64,000 nucleotides of DNA from Tubulanus polymorphus (lineage: Eukaryota > Animalia > Nemertea): positions 17,347,807 through 17,411,806 of the forward strand of contig NC_134031.1 in NCBI RefSeq assembly GCF_964204645.1. Reading direction: 5' to 3'. A program made the position numbers and the translations under genes. Positions 12,980 through 27,900 of this stretch are shown one piece after another (the first letter of the stretch is position 1; the number at the start of each line of letters is the position of its first letter). The notes under the pieces were generated by a model, which saw only the letters and a list, made by a program, of their open reading frames with translations, did not search any database and had not been told where the DNA came from.

Positions 12980-15900
12980 GTAGGTTTATACGTCGTGTTA
13001 GCTTTTCTATCTCGTGCACGTATGTTTTTGTACTCTTGTCGATTTCTGATTTGAAAGCCGGTGGTGCTTTGAAAGTCGCGGTAATTCGATCCCCAATTTA
13101 AAAGTATTCGATCGAACAGCGCGCAAGGACGTCATGTAGACATCTGTACTAGCAATCAATTCTTCCAATTAACTTAATTATAGAGTATGGATAATCGGCT
13201 GAGGGATCTCGGGAGGGCTCCGGTTCCAATTTGCGGCGCGAAAATTTTCGAATGCTGTTAATTATAATTACGGGTGGCCATGCACCGAAAACTGTATTGG
13301 CTGATCGAATTCCCATGTACCCAATTTGGAATCGCGGTATCGCGGTACTGGTTTATTCAAGGATATTGACGGATTTGAAAACTGATATTCACGTGATTGT
13401 CATTGAACATACTTCACTGTCAATATCATATCATATAGTGCGCCTGGTATATCTTCTAAATTGGCTATGTCCGGAGCGATTAGATTTTCGAACTACAAAA
13501 CGCATTTCAATTATACGCCGATAATCATGCCATCAATTTGTCGACATTTTTGACGACTTGTTAATTGCTTTTGATGGAAATTATGTGCTTGATAATCTTT
13601 CATTTATCTCATTAATACGGCCCTTCATATCGGGCTAAAAGCATTTGCTTCATTAGTTGAGTGGCGCTGCACGCCGTATGATACATGTAAAACGCGAAGG
13701 CGCTGCGTCGATGAAACGGCGTAAATCCGCGTACTCCTCGTCATCGGCTTGATCTGATTGCGACGCTCATTCGCATTTCGATCGTCAAATAAGTATACAT
13801 TCGTTCGCGTAATGAAATTACAACCGGGTGTATCATTACAATTGAGGTTATTGGAACAATTTGCAATATCAATTTATGCGAAATTGACATAAACCACGCG
13901 CGTGCTTATAGTCTAAAAATACAACGTTTTATTAGATGCAGAAATTCTCTACGCGACAGTATTGAATTACGCTAATGTAGAAATTACAGTGAAGTGCATT
14001 TCTGATTGATTCAAATATTTCCCGCTAAAGTGTTCTGTTTGTGCCGACGTTTTCACCGACATATTCGCCCCAAGATGTTTATGCTGATACATTTATAATG
14101 CTATTACAATGTGCGAAGAAAAATATCCAGATTTTATTTAGCCAGAAATAGGTAATGATTTATTTATTGAGATTTATCAGCCGAGTCTGACTATCCTCTT
14201 TCTATTTCTTCAATACCTTACCGAAACGAAATACGATTACGTAATTATATAAACGATAGAAAAGGAATAAGATTAACTTAACTAATTTAAGTTACAACTT
14301 TACCGCTGGAAATATATAAAATCTTAGTTACTCGTCTTTGCACACAATCAAACAGTATTTGTTTCCTAATCATTGACGAAACATTGCAATGATAATTTAA
14401 GGAGTCCCACTTGAAATCCTAAATTTTTCTTTCGACTATAGCCTAATAGGGGATTCTCCATTTTATTTGTTTCCTGTACAATAATCTCGTTCGTGTTGTA
14501 GAAATAAAATGAAAACTGCTCCAGTATTTTTTTCCTTTTTTTCACGTGTTTCACTTTTCTAGTTTCAGTTTTTTAGTTTCAGTTTTTCAGTTTCGACGAC
14601 TCGCGTTTGACTCGCCTTTAATAGTAGATTTCATTTCGTTCTGTGCTATATTCGGTAACAGTAAATTGTCGGGTAATTTTACAGTCGGAGATGTTCAAGG
14701 GACTTTTTAGCGCTCTGCACGGAAAATCACCGACATTAAAATTCAGTCGCCTGGCGATTTCGCAATAACATTAAATTACAGTGACAGAAACATGTGCGAA
14801 TATGATTGAGACATTATAATACATATATACATAGTGCACAGGTTAGAAATACTGTTTAGATGACGCTCTGCCCGAGGCTAGATAATTTTCAGAATATTAG
14901 ACTATAGGGTAAGGTTCATTGCCTGGGGGAAAATTTAACGATTTTTTGTCGAACGCGTTGTACTGTCGTTATAGATGAGAAATTGTAGTTACCAGATTTA
15001 AGTACGGCGTAGAATAAGGTTGGCGTTCGTAATTAAAAAAAACTCAATCTTGGACACCGAGATCGAAATAATCCGATGGCGCACTCGGGTTCGATTTCGT
15101 CGCGTTAAGCGCAACAACACTAAAAAAAAAGATTTTCTCGATTTCTTCGGCAAAGACGTGCTCGTTCGGTCCGTGGCCCTTGTTTCTCACTCGACTCTTG
15201 GCTCGTCGTTGATTCGAATTGATCGAATGTAGCCATTAGTCTTCAGCCGTCCGATGTATAACAAGGACACGATACCATTACGGCTCGTGCTTTGTAATTG
15301 CGACTGTTGAAACCATTAACTTCCATTATACACGGGCTGGATTAAAGTGTTGTTAATGAGACGCACCTTATGTGCTCCACTCTGCTAGCGTCACTCATTA
15401 CATATATCCATTTGGTTTCATTTCCTTTTCTTGCTCGCAAGGTTCTCGTGGTTGCATTGACTGAAAGCTAATTGACTGCTGTTGGACTGTGACTGCACGG
15501 TCGACTGAGACATTCGTTCGTGTAATGCGTTTCTCCCGAGTTATCGGTGCTACCCCGGGGTCTGGCTCGAAGCTTCCCAGCCTTTCAGAAACGAATACTT
15601 TCCCGCAAGTTCCTTGTCCAGGTTTTGTCGGATGACAGCTTCATTGGTTCTTTGATTTAAGTCTTCATACAGCTATAAGAAAGTCGTACATCTTTGGCGG
15701 ACTTAATACCCTACATTTGTATAATAATGTCTGATCAATGTTGTTATAGATTGTAACAGCGCTAGACGGCTCTGTAATTGAAAACCGAGAATAATAACTA
15801 TGTGTTATATGAATGTGCGCCACTAATTTGCCACCGTTTTCGTGATTTATGTTTTCAATTTACTCGGAGCTGTAAAACTAGTTTATTTCACGCCATCCGC

Positions 15901-18900
15901 TGTGTGCTTAGCGTGTCGAAAGCGCCGCCAAATCCGTGATTACAGTCTAAATGAACAAGTTCCGCCACAAAGACAACATCACCAATTTCGCATAATTCAC
16001 GAACGTTCTTCGGTAATTTGTGTATACGCGTCTTTCGACGTTTCGTTTTTGAAGCGTTTCGAGCGTTCTCCATTTCTCGATCCCGCGGCTCTCGTGTCGC
16101 GAAAAGACGGATCCGCTATACTCCTCCCGAGCGGACGCCACGGCAAACAAATTACGCTACGATTTCTAAAAACGCTCGAACGTTTTCTGCAGCGGCTCAC
16201 AACCCGTTAATCAATCGGGAAATAAAATTGGTAAACATGTAGATGTGAATTGATGGACGGGTAAACACTGTTCAAATGAACTTCAACCGTCATTAAATGA
16301 ATTACCCTTGATCATTATCGATTGGCCGATCGATTGCTATTGCTCGATCATATGATTAATGGTTGATTTATCGTAGTAATATCATATACCCAATTGACTC
16401 AGTCAGCAACGTTTGCCAGTGTATTGCACCGAATTATAATATCCACTGTCAAACGGTACATGATTTGTATTCGTCTCGGAATTGGTTTTTCGCTTTCGAT
16501 CGTTTTCATTAACAAACGTCAAATAGGGAAATATGATGTAATTCCATCGATTGCATTTCGACTGGTTGACTCGGCGGGCCGCGCCGTCATACGGCGTACT
16601 ATATACGCGCGACCTTCACCTTTCTTTTGTTAGACCGGAAGACGGAAGCAAGGTTATCCGTCACCTGCCGGAAATTCTAAAAAAAAAGAAACAATAAAAC
16701 CATTGAAAAATCAGTAGAGTGTTTGTGAATGTTGAAGATACAATTTGTCGATATTTCCCAGGGAAGTGTATGGTATATATCGGTGTCTTGGCCATCTCGG
16801 TATTGTATGATGCTGTTTGAAGTCGATTCCCCATTTACTAAATAATTCACACGCAAGATGAGATGGCATTATGTATGCCGGGCAAGTGGCGTATCTGATC
16901 GTCGAATCACAAGTGTGGACCACTCACTAGTTCTCTCTTCATCTAAATTAGTTGTTTTCTGTGTCGTTTTTCGTTGACTGCGCTCTGCTCTCCCTAAAAG
17001 CCTCGTCAGATGTTCACTGTAATAATAGTCGCAGAGATTCATCTCGCTGATGGCGCAGAATCACGGCATTTTCTGATGTATTGTAAAAAGCTGACTAATT
17101 ACGCCTTTCTTTCGGGCTAATAGAATTAGGTATAGTTTTTTTCAGCAAAGCGGATAAAGTGTATGGTCTTTTCATGTCGGAGCGTGAATTAATACTCTGA
17201 ACGGCGACTGATGGTGATAGAGAGATAGGCTCGGAGAAAGATCGCGATAGCCGATTCGATACGCGGATTTCTTCCGTTCACGAAAATGAAAGAACATCAG
17301 ATTCGTCTATTTCAAACGACTGCTTGCTTTGAGTGATTCAATGGTCAGGCAATGGTTCATACCCCCTCGAACGGTGCCCTGCCATTAGCGCATCTTACAC
17401 GTGTCAAAACGCTGTCGTCAGCTGACGAGTTGAAGTTGTTTTTCAGCAGATTCGTGTTTATCTCAGTTTGCAGATCGTGTGATATTTCAACATCTGGGTT
17501 TACACGTTTGCTCAGCTGGTTAACGCATATATGTATAAATAAATTTTAGATTCAGATATTGATTGTGGTATGATTTTCGTTCAGTGTAGATTGAAATAAG
17601 ACAACGATTTTGTCGGTTTAAACGAGACGAAAGTACGTAAATATGGTAGAAGGGCTGTAAATTGCCTTCATTTGTTTGCCGTCTTTCTTAAGATGGTGAA
17701 ACGAGGCGATTTGACTGATTAAAAAACGTGCCTCATTAGAAGCGAACTATACGACGCGTGAAACCTGCTGCTTAATTAGCGTTCCCTAATTAATTAATCG
17801 TTCAATCGCCCAGGTAGAAAAGGAGCCCGCGTGAAGGGGCTAATTGGCCAGCTGACGCCGCGTGGGACAGGTGATTATAGGCTCATATACGGCGTTTACA
17901 GCTTTTCTTCCACTTCTCGAATTGAGTTCACTTCATGGCAATATTTACCGTTTCCAAAACCGCTATTCATAAAACTGATCGCGTATTCGTAGAAATCAAG
18001 TCAATATGGCCACGTGGCGACCAATTAGCGATTGTGATTGATGGTTTTTTTCGTACATAGCCGCGTATAGTTGTTCAAAGATATTTGCGCGTGAACGAAA
18101 GTGGATATTTGCTTTCATTAAAATCGTCTATACGAGCTCATGCATCTGCACCTGATGGATGTCAGGGATACCCAATTAAACTAAATAGCCTCATTACGTC
18201 GTGTTTTCTTGCATTGACTGAGGAATGGAGAGCTTCGCCAGTACAATCGACTAATTAGTTATAATAAGACTCAAATAACGAGAGCGGCAATATTATAATC
18301 ACTCTCCAACAACGAGTTTTCTGTATTATATTGGTTGCCAATTAAAATTACGATTTGAATATGAAACAGTCACAAAATAAACGAACACGAGGCAGAGTGG
18401 TTAAGTCACCCAGTGTAGGTTTGGTAAAAGTGGCCGTAGATTTTCATTCTCTAAACAAAATATACACCCGATAAAGTTTTATTCGATTCTTTTTCTCGAA
18501 TTTTTTGTTGCGAATCATACACGCATCGGCTACCGCCATGGAAACACTGATGTGACTACGCGAAGATGAAAATGCACTACATCGTCGCTACGATGCATTA
18601 AGACTGGTTTCTGAGTGACGATTGCCCGTGCAATCACTGCACCATAATCGCTGGCAATTATTTTGACATTTTACAAGGTATTTGCTATGATTAGAGACAT
18701 CCGATTCGGCGATGTATTAATGCAACAAAAGTGCCATTTACACGGGTTTTAATGCGCAATTAAAACGCCCGGCAGAGAGTGTGCTGTACGGGGGTGATGG
18801 TATCGTGTTCCGACACGCAGCCAGTCACTGACGCCAAGTTCGGAAGTGGCGACCGTCTTAATCTATCGATAATGGTACTTCACGATGATAGTATACGGGC

Positions 18901-21900
18901 CACTTTCATAAACATGCATTTCTCGTCCATAACATTACAACGAGGAGGGTGGTCTACTTTTGGAATAAAGACAAGCGTAATGAAATCATAACTGGTATAA
19001 GATAATAGATATAACGAAGTTATGATATCAATTGAGGGTGCCCGATGGGACAAACGATTTGAGGATATTGACGGTTCCTCGCATCGACCCAGTTTTTGGC
19101 TATCGCTATTTGTCGATATCATTATTCGGCCTGTTTTCTGTCGCTGAAAACTATTTCTTGTAATACTTTCGCCAGGTTCGACGTCGTCAGTCGCAATTTG
19201 AGTTCGGATTTCAGCCGAGAATCAAAACGAACTAATCGTCTATTCGCGTCGTGTAAATACTGGGTAAACCATTGTATTATTGGCGAGATTATACTGCGCG
19301 CACAGCAGCCCGAGCTTATTCATCTGATTCGGTGCTTACTCCGTGAGAATCTGACATGTGTCGTCGGCCCGTTGATCCTTTAAACGAGGCGCTCATACCC
19401 CCGGTATATACAGTCCGCTCACCAATAACCCGAACGTCTTAATAAGTAATAAGCGGAACGTCGAGGATATCGGTAGAAAATCCGAATAATTAATAAAGAT
19501 ATCATATATTTAAGCTAAGTCATAATGATGTATATCCTGGTGGTGATTTTTCGTGGTTTCGTATGTCAATTACTGGGTGTACTCAATATTCCATGTTAGT
19601 TTTTCATTATAGAAGACGCTACGTGAGCGCATCGCATTTCCGTCTCATATCATCCTGTTATTTGAGACTTGTGTCTATTTGTTAAAAGTGATATTAGTAG
19701 AAGAGGTATTAGACTTTACATATAATATGAATGACGGTTTTGTGGAGATAAATCCGCGTATTTTTTTGCATTTCCGCAATTTTGGAATTTTCATTACTTC
19801 CCGATATATAAATGTCGTAACCATCTCGCTCAGACACGGTATATGAACTGAAAAGCTTGTCGAAGTCTCAGAAAGGCAAGGTTCGTGAAGTGTAAAGGTT
19901 TAAATCGAGCGCTATTTTGTCGATGGTTTTCTGCATCAAACAAGAAACAATGTACACGAGAATAATAATCTCATCAATGTACTGTATATATGTATGCATA
20001 TAATGTAAGACAATTAACTAACGAGCCCGCGTGCGGTGTTTCTTACTGACGTTCATCGCAAAACTCCGAGGACGACATCAAGAACCCCTGATGATTTCAA
20101 CGCGAATGAAAGTCAATTCCCTTCGGGTACGGGACGCAATCTTTACAGCAGCGCTATATATGTCAGATCACGTGTTGTCGCGAATTGCTTTTGCCATATT
20201 AGGCGGTTGATGATGCGCCCTGGCCTTCATTTATCATCTGAGGTGCAATGTCATATTAGTCTACGTTCGTTTCTCCCATTCTTCTTGCATCGACTAATGG
20301 GAGGATTAGGACACATTTTTCCTATTCGCTCTAATAGCTTGAAAACGAAATAGGATCCAATTCTCGGTGGGTCTCGTCTAATGAAGCTGCGGCACTGTCG
20401 CGAAGAAGCAGATCTGGTGTAAATTGGCGCCTGTTTATTCCGTAAAATCTCTAGTTTTAATGAGACCAAAAGCCTTGTGACTAAGGCGCGATATTAGCTC
20501 GTTAGCGACGTTTTGCGAACGAAGAACGAAGCTAGTCTGTCAGTACTCGAGCTGCGCCGAGTTCATTACGTTGGATTGTTATATACATAAGGCTGGGGGA
20601 CGTCTGGTGGCGTCTGTGGACGGGGTTCACAGTCCGCCGCGGGCCAGCAGCTTCTCTCGGCTCATTATTCGCCAAATCAGGGGCTCCTTACCGGTATCAT
20701 CTTGTTAGCGCGGATCAAACGCTACCATAATTACGCTTATCCACTTCCTATTCGCTAGAGTCAGAATTCACTGGCGTGGTGCGAATTTTTCACGTTATTT
20801 TCGTGGTATCTGACCTCTTAGTGTTTACCGGGCGTTATAAGATGTGCCCTATTACCTTGATTATTTTGGAAACGTCCGTAATTAAGCCCCGTAGGTCGGT
20901 CGAGCCATTTCTTTATCAGGTTAATTTGTTGTCTAATGATGGACATGGTGTGTTGAAAGGTGATCCTCGTGTCGTTGTCCTAATACACCGTTAGCCTTTG
21001 GTGAAATCCAACGACGTTCCTCGTTTCTCAGAAACTATACCTGGTTTATGCTTATGAAATATGAAACATGATTTTTAGATTCGAATTTCCCCGAATATAA
21101 TGGTATATAACTGCCGAGTGGATTCTAGATTTTCGCGCCCTTATCTCGCAAATTTGGTCAATTACAGAACGTTGGCGGCGTCGCATTAACCGCTTCGGTG
21201 ACTGTTTTGGCCTCATTAAAACTCGATATCCCCGGGAAAGAGCGACGCGTTAAATTTCCTCAAAACGGAAGAAAGAAAAATACCGCAATGCATTCTACTT
21301 ACGGGAATAGGATTTGCCATGACGGCGTCTTAATGGACGAAAAGATGGCCGGGCGTTCGGAGAGTTACTCTGCGATACGAACGCGTCTAAGCTATCATTA
21401 CCGATAGGTCAAGGTCGCAATTACGCAAATGGCAATTAATCGTCCACGCAAGCGACGAGACTTCAGAACCCCAAAGTGACAAGACAATTAAATTCTATTC
21501 AAATCGGAGATATCCGTCGCGAGAATGCGTTACTGTGGCTTAATTGATTCGTAATTCGCTAATTGGCACCCCGATCGGTCCGTCATTATAGGAGTCATGT
21601 TGATGTTGTCTCTTTGTCTCTGGGCTGAGATGGTTTCCCTTGCCATCGTTATACTGAAACTCAATTTCAACTGAATTTTAATGATTCTTTGACGCCGTCG
21701 GGCAGTCATTCAAAATATCCATCAGTCGAAGTCGCCACCATCCAATCCTTTGCCTTAGGCGTATTTGTTCTCATTAGTTGGACCAGTTGACCGATTTCGA
21801 GAATTATTGGCCTTTAGATGAACAGCGATTCCTTGTTTTCCTCCATAACCTCTTGTATTCAAACAGTCGCTTTGGAATTAGCTATACAAAAGCCGCCCAA

Positions 21901-24900
21901 CAAAATGGGTTCATATCTTGCTCTTAACACTTAAGAAGCCATTATTCCATACGTATTCGACAACATCGTTTTATACGCGCGATCACGACACCAGCGCGAT
22001 ACCGAATGTCAAAAAACCGTGAGACGAAAAACCTACTTAAAGCCCGAGATGTCATTTCAATCCATTAAATACTAATGCAAGTCTGGCTTAAAACATAGCG
22101 GACGAGATTATTTTCATTGAAAGCGAGATTTTGCTTTCAACTACCTCTTAAACGTTGGCCGCTGCTTTGAATATTATAGCTAAACCTATTAGTGCATTAA
22201 CTTATTGGAGTTGAGTGTCTCGGTTGTACAGGGGGAAACTGAAGTGCCGCCACACACTATACCACATTCACATTTTGATGTGTTAGATTTTCCTACGAGG
22301 CCTTCGCGTCGTCTTATTTCGAATTATAATGAAAGAAGGATTTTCTCTTGTGATGAAAGAGAGATAACATGGCGGCTGTCGCAATTACGAAAATTAGTTC
22401 AAAACGTACAAAAAATCCCATCACAGAGACGAGATGAAAGAAATTGGTTTTCTTTCAGTTTTCTATTCTTAGATATTCGTTCTATCCATGTGCTTCCTAT
22501 ACAATTGCCGTCTCGGGAATCAATTAGGTTTTGCACAGGTTTTACATTCTACGATTCGCTGTAATAATAATAATAATAATCAATGAACAACCTTTCCATC
22601 ATCGATGAGTTTGGTCAAATTGAACAAGCTAATTATATTTAATTGGATGGATGTTTTAAATATTTGTACCGACCAACGTGGGTTCATCAACAGATTATAA
22701 TTGGTTTACGGAATACTTACGTGCATATGGTAATTATCAGCCGTCGTCGTTAGCGTGTTTGTTTTCTCGATGCGGACCGGAAGTGCACCGCCGGCGCACA
22801 ATTGCCGCAATTAAACGACTTTTTACCGGCCGAAACTGGTTCGCACGCTGGTAAAAAACGAAACCACAAAATGCCAGGCGCGCTGAGGGGTATGCGTGAA
22901 AGGTGTTGTTTAATTAGTATTACGTGGACGCGGAAATATTGAAAAGTTGTCCTCAACGCGCCGCCGTCGTTACTGACAAAATCAGGTTTCGGTGCGGCGG
23001 TGTTGCTCCTACCGCCTGCGAAGTGACTGCATATTACGGCAATGAGTTTATACGCATTCTTGTTACATATTGCGGGCTCCTCATTAATTATCGCGAGAAA
23101 TTTCTTCTAATGAGTCTACATTGCGGTTAATTGGCGTGGCAAGGTGAAATTACGACTGTCAGATATCGATACATATAGCTCCTGCGACTGAGGCGTTCGG
23201 CGGAGATAATAGTTTTTTCTTTCCTTCAAATTGCGAAGCTTCGTCTGAAATTACGCTCATTAAGAACAACTGATTGACGCGTATTTCAAAATTATCCGCG
23301 TTCAGTCATCAGAACACATGGATTTCCTAAGGATAGGTCTAAATGGATACAGCGTTTTCCATCAAATGAGAAAAACTCCGTTTTGCTACCGGTTGATTTT
23401 CAGTGCTGCCCTATAGAAGATTGGAAAATGATTTCCAGCAGTTTCCGATTGCCTGCTTCTTTCATCGAATGTAGTAAATTTTTTTTTATATCAGTTCCAG
23501 TTCTGATTTTCTCTAACGAATACGTTCTTTTCGTGCGGGTCTGACGGTTTAGATATGCCATATTCGACTATGCCTTCGGCGTCGTGCAAAGGCTTATCAG
23601 GTTTTCGAATTTTCAACGGTATATATTTCGTTTAAATAACTCATAAAATCAAAATTGATTTCGTTCTTTAGATTCTCGTCTGTCGTTTTTTCGAGTCCAT
23701 TTAACTGTCTCCGTCTCACGCGACATACTCTAATCATCATAGGTCGATCGTTTTAAACACACGAAAACTAATCCATTTATTAAAAATTTTTTTTCATTCA
23801 AGCGCATATCTTCTGGCTATGGGCCATTGCATGTTTGACGCTTAGACATCATCATGAACATTCCCTTCTCGTTTTACGAACGTCGGTTAAATTGAATTCG
23901 TACGTTATACGGCAAGTTTCGCCCTTTCTTCATTCGTACGTTCGGTATTTAGTTACTTAATTAGAGGCCACGCCCGGGAACTGTTTTCAAGGCGCAGCAA
24001 TACGAAGAATGGCGTTTATATACGCGTTGCCGAGCGGGTGACACGCGATCCCGGAATATCGAAATCGAACCGATTTCTCTACGTGAATAAAATTGATGAA
24101 TTCATGATTCACTGATATTCAATACGCGTTTACTACTCAATCGATACGAAAAGTGAAGACCTTCGGAATAGTTGCCAGTCACATTATATGAATAGGCGAA
24201 TAGTTAAGCGTATCATCAGAGAATCAAATAGGCCTTATGAGAATCAAACTCACTGATTGCGTTCGCTATTAGTTGATGGTGGATACGAGATAGAATTGGA
24301 TACTTGAATACTCTTTTTTTTTCTTCCTTTAAATTTCGAAACACCCCACTAGTCCGGCACCGCACTATTCCGACACCCCAGTAGTCAGACACCCCACTAG
24401 TCCCACGTTCTGCTGTGCAATGGGCTAATTGTGGAGCAATAAACTTAACTTAACTTGTTTCTCATTGTAAATCATCATCTCTGATTAACCATTGATTTTC
24501 GTGGCTGAAGTGCGTTGCATTCTCACAGAAAAAAAAACTCGCAAAAATAACAACAGTTATCGATATTTTTAAGAATCATTTGTTAAATAAACTCGATACA
24601 CAACATACAAAGTTTTTTTATACATAAAAAGAAGCGGCAATATGTCTGTTCCATATATAGTGCAGCGCTTCGAGTATTCCGATGATACTACAGTTCGGGC
24701 ACTATAAAGAATACATGTATTTATGTATATCACTGTAATGAGATCGTTATTGATAATAATAGGATAGGATTGAAATCTTCCTCGATTTAATTGGTTTCAA
24801 ATATCAAACAAAAACTCCAACAACGACAAGAGTGGTCGGGTTTATAACGAGCCATTCCAGGCTCTATGTCAATTAAAATCGCCTCTTTTATTTGACATTG

Positions 24901-27900
24901 GGATGATCCCCGTTTGTACACGTGTAACCGTAAGTTTGTTGAAGCAAGCAGATTTTTTTGTGCTTTCATGCCTAATATGATTTATCAACTTCCTAACGAA
25001 ATAACGCATAGTGTTGGGCGTGGTGACGCGTGATTCTTTTTGCTATAATTCAAATCATTAGACTTTGCGTCTTTCATATATATAATAATTCATTGTATTG
25101 TTCCGTTTCGTTACGAATTTAAAACTGTTTACGTCAACTCCGTGCGCGATAGGTTTCGAAACCCGCAGGCTTTGCCACGTGGTGAAACGCCATCGGAATT
25201 TCGATTTTTAATAGCGCGAAAGAGAGAAGCTTGAATGTTATTACTGTTTAAGTAATATGTTTTTTGTGTACTTATTTCCTGCATAATGCGCGGTACGAAG
25301 ATTGAATTTATATTCCTTAGTCTACCTACAGGCGTATTTATCATATGTATGCAATGCCGGCAGGAATGCATTTTTAAACGGGATTTCATTCGCGAAATTG
25401 CGGAATACGCTTGGTGACAATTGCGGTTTAAGGTTACCCCGGTAGCGCGGGGAGTTTCGCGTTCAACCGGCTTGCAAATCGGTGAATATTATATTTGATT
25501 TGCCTTGAGATCCAGATGAATGCAAGCCGCGCTGATTCGGCTGGGGACTGGTTCGCCGTTATGAAATCCGATGCCGCCGAGCTCGCGCGCCCCGGTTGTC
25601 TTACAGGTCCTTCGAGACGGTTCGGATGTCTCAATCGGAATACATTCATGAGTAGAATAGAATTACCGTCGAAAAAGAATCGAAAAAGTATCCGAATAAC
25701 GCGAATATCAACGACAAATATCGGAAAACCGGCAGAATATCAAAGAATGAGTCGGATGTTTTTTGCACGGTTTTGGTGGTAATCGTATATGATTTATGAC
25801 GCAAGAACATCCTCTTTTTAGTGGGAGATTTGGCGACAAATCTTCTCGATTAAAGACACTTCAACGATTAAAATTTAGGAAGAATATTTACAACGGATGT
25901 TCATGTATGAATTACATATGATTTTCGCTAAGATATAGCGAATAAATCGATTTGCGATATATCTAGATTAGTCTTTGCTGTCTCATTTGTGAAGTAGCAC
26001 AGGGCCCGGTTTTATAGACTGGTATTACCTTTAAGCCGGGGGCTAACTCAATTGATAATGAATTGAGTTAGCCCCCGGGTTAAAGGTAATACCAGTCTGT
26101 AAAACCGGCCCCAGATGTTTATTTATTATCGAAGCGTCGACGTCGCCGCATTCGATGGCGTAATAAAGACAAACAAATTTAGTCGTTATGTCACGCGATA
26201 TCGAATTGCCGGTAAACAGGTACGGGTCGATCCGTATTAATTAGGAGAGCTCCGCGCCGAAATCGTCCGTCAATTAACTCCGGGAACCTGACCAGATGAA
26301 CGACGGAGTATCTCATGACAGGAACTACCCAGGCGCGTAAGCGAACTTATCTGAGCGAAAAATCCGACAGACTCGGATGTTCGCTTGTTTACCGGGCCCG
26401 GCGGCGGTGACGACGACGAGTCCAAGACGACACGACAGTGCAGCAGCCGCTCCGTTCTCGCGCCGCCGTCATCGTCGTCGATGTTGCATTAATGCAGCGA
26501 AATCGCTTGAAACGAACATCGCCCGAGTTGTCGTCGATTTATACGAGACGAATTCAATGAAACACCGAAATTCTGTAATAAACATTTGCCTTGGTAATTC
26601 TTACAAAATGACAGCGACATCATTGAATTGAGTCTTCATTCGCGAGTAATGATAAGTTCGCTGGCCTTATTTCGGTATCTCCTCCTCGCTGACAAACTTG
26701 AGCGTTGTTCCCCAAGGCATATTTCAATTTTCGCTCGTACGAGTTTTTACCGAAAGAGCCGTATGTTTCTATTTTCGAAGACATTTCCATTGTTGATTGT
26801 ATTGGTTCGTTGTGTGTTTATCCCCCGTGAAAATTCGTATCGATAAAAAAGAGGCAAACATCGTTTATCATCGTCAAACTACGCATCGAACGAACAACTC
26901 TTTCAAAACATGAACCCGAACGTTTGTTGTACGGTTTCCTATTGTAACCGGTACGGGGTTTGTTCGATCATATATAGAGCGCGGTGTTCGGTGACAGAAC
27001 ACGGTGCCGTACACCTGATGCCGCCGAAACCTCTCAACATCCGAGTCGACGCCGTCAACAATACGATTTATCGATTCGCCCTGCGGACTGGAGGACACAC
27101 CCATTCTTTTTGAGAGTGTCAGCTAATTTTTCAACAACGCTCCCCGACGAGGAATCCTCACAACACTCGGCAAACCATCATAAAACATATAACTTGTAAT
27201 GATTCTTATTTTGTATGTGACTTCCGGTCGAAGAATAACAAACAATACATCGTTATTCAGTTAATTTTTAATCTCGCGTTAAATAGCGTGGTCAGTAATA
27301 ACGTTGATTATTCTTATGTTAATTAATGACTTCTGGCCCAGAATCTGGTTTACACGGACACTTTCCGAAATTCATCTTAAATTAAGATTTTTCGCTTGAG
27401 TCTATAGGACCAGTCGGTTCATTCATTGAGTCAACTGAACATCCGCCCTCAGTCAGGATTCGAACCCTGTGGCATCGAGACTCTACCGCGGCGTTCATCC
27501 CTTGATAACCGATTCTACCCCCTGCCCCTATACAGTCCTATAGTGAACATAAAGTTGCGTACCGCGGGTCAAGCTGCGCAATTGCACGCGCAGAGGGTCT
27601 ATTTGCGCAGGTGCCGTCTCAATGCTTTCGGGTTCGAATCCTTGCCGAGGGAGGATGTCAACTATAGGGAATCATCGATGGGATGAAATCGGAGCGCGAA
27701 GGAGATTTCCGATTTCCTACACGAGCTCGACGTCTTGTTCGGCTCGACGTAAAACGTTGTTAACGGGAAACGATTAAAACCAATTCGTTAATGCATCGAG
27801 CATGTTTTACATCGCTCGTCCGAGGAACACGATCCGCTGCGAACATCCCGCCAACAGCCGACAGTTGATCTTATCTTTCTGATCGATCGAGCGATCGCTA

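Noticed and set aside
27600-27660. Possible tRNA genes at GGTTCGAATCC motifs (also 35360, 55218, 57962)
   Set aside because: No acceptor stem, cloverleaf or good A-box could be built; treated as SINE-like remnants.
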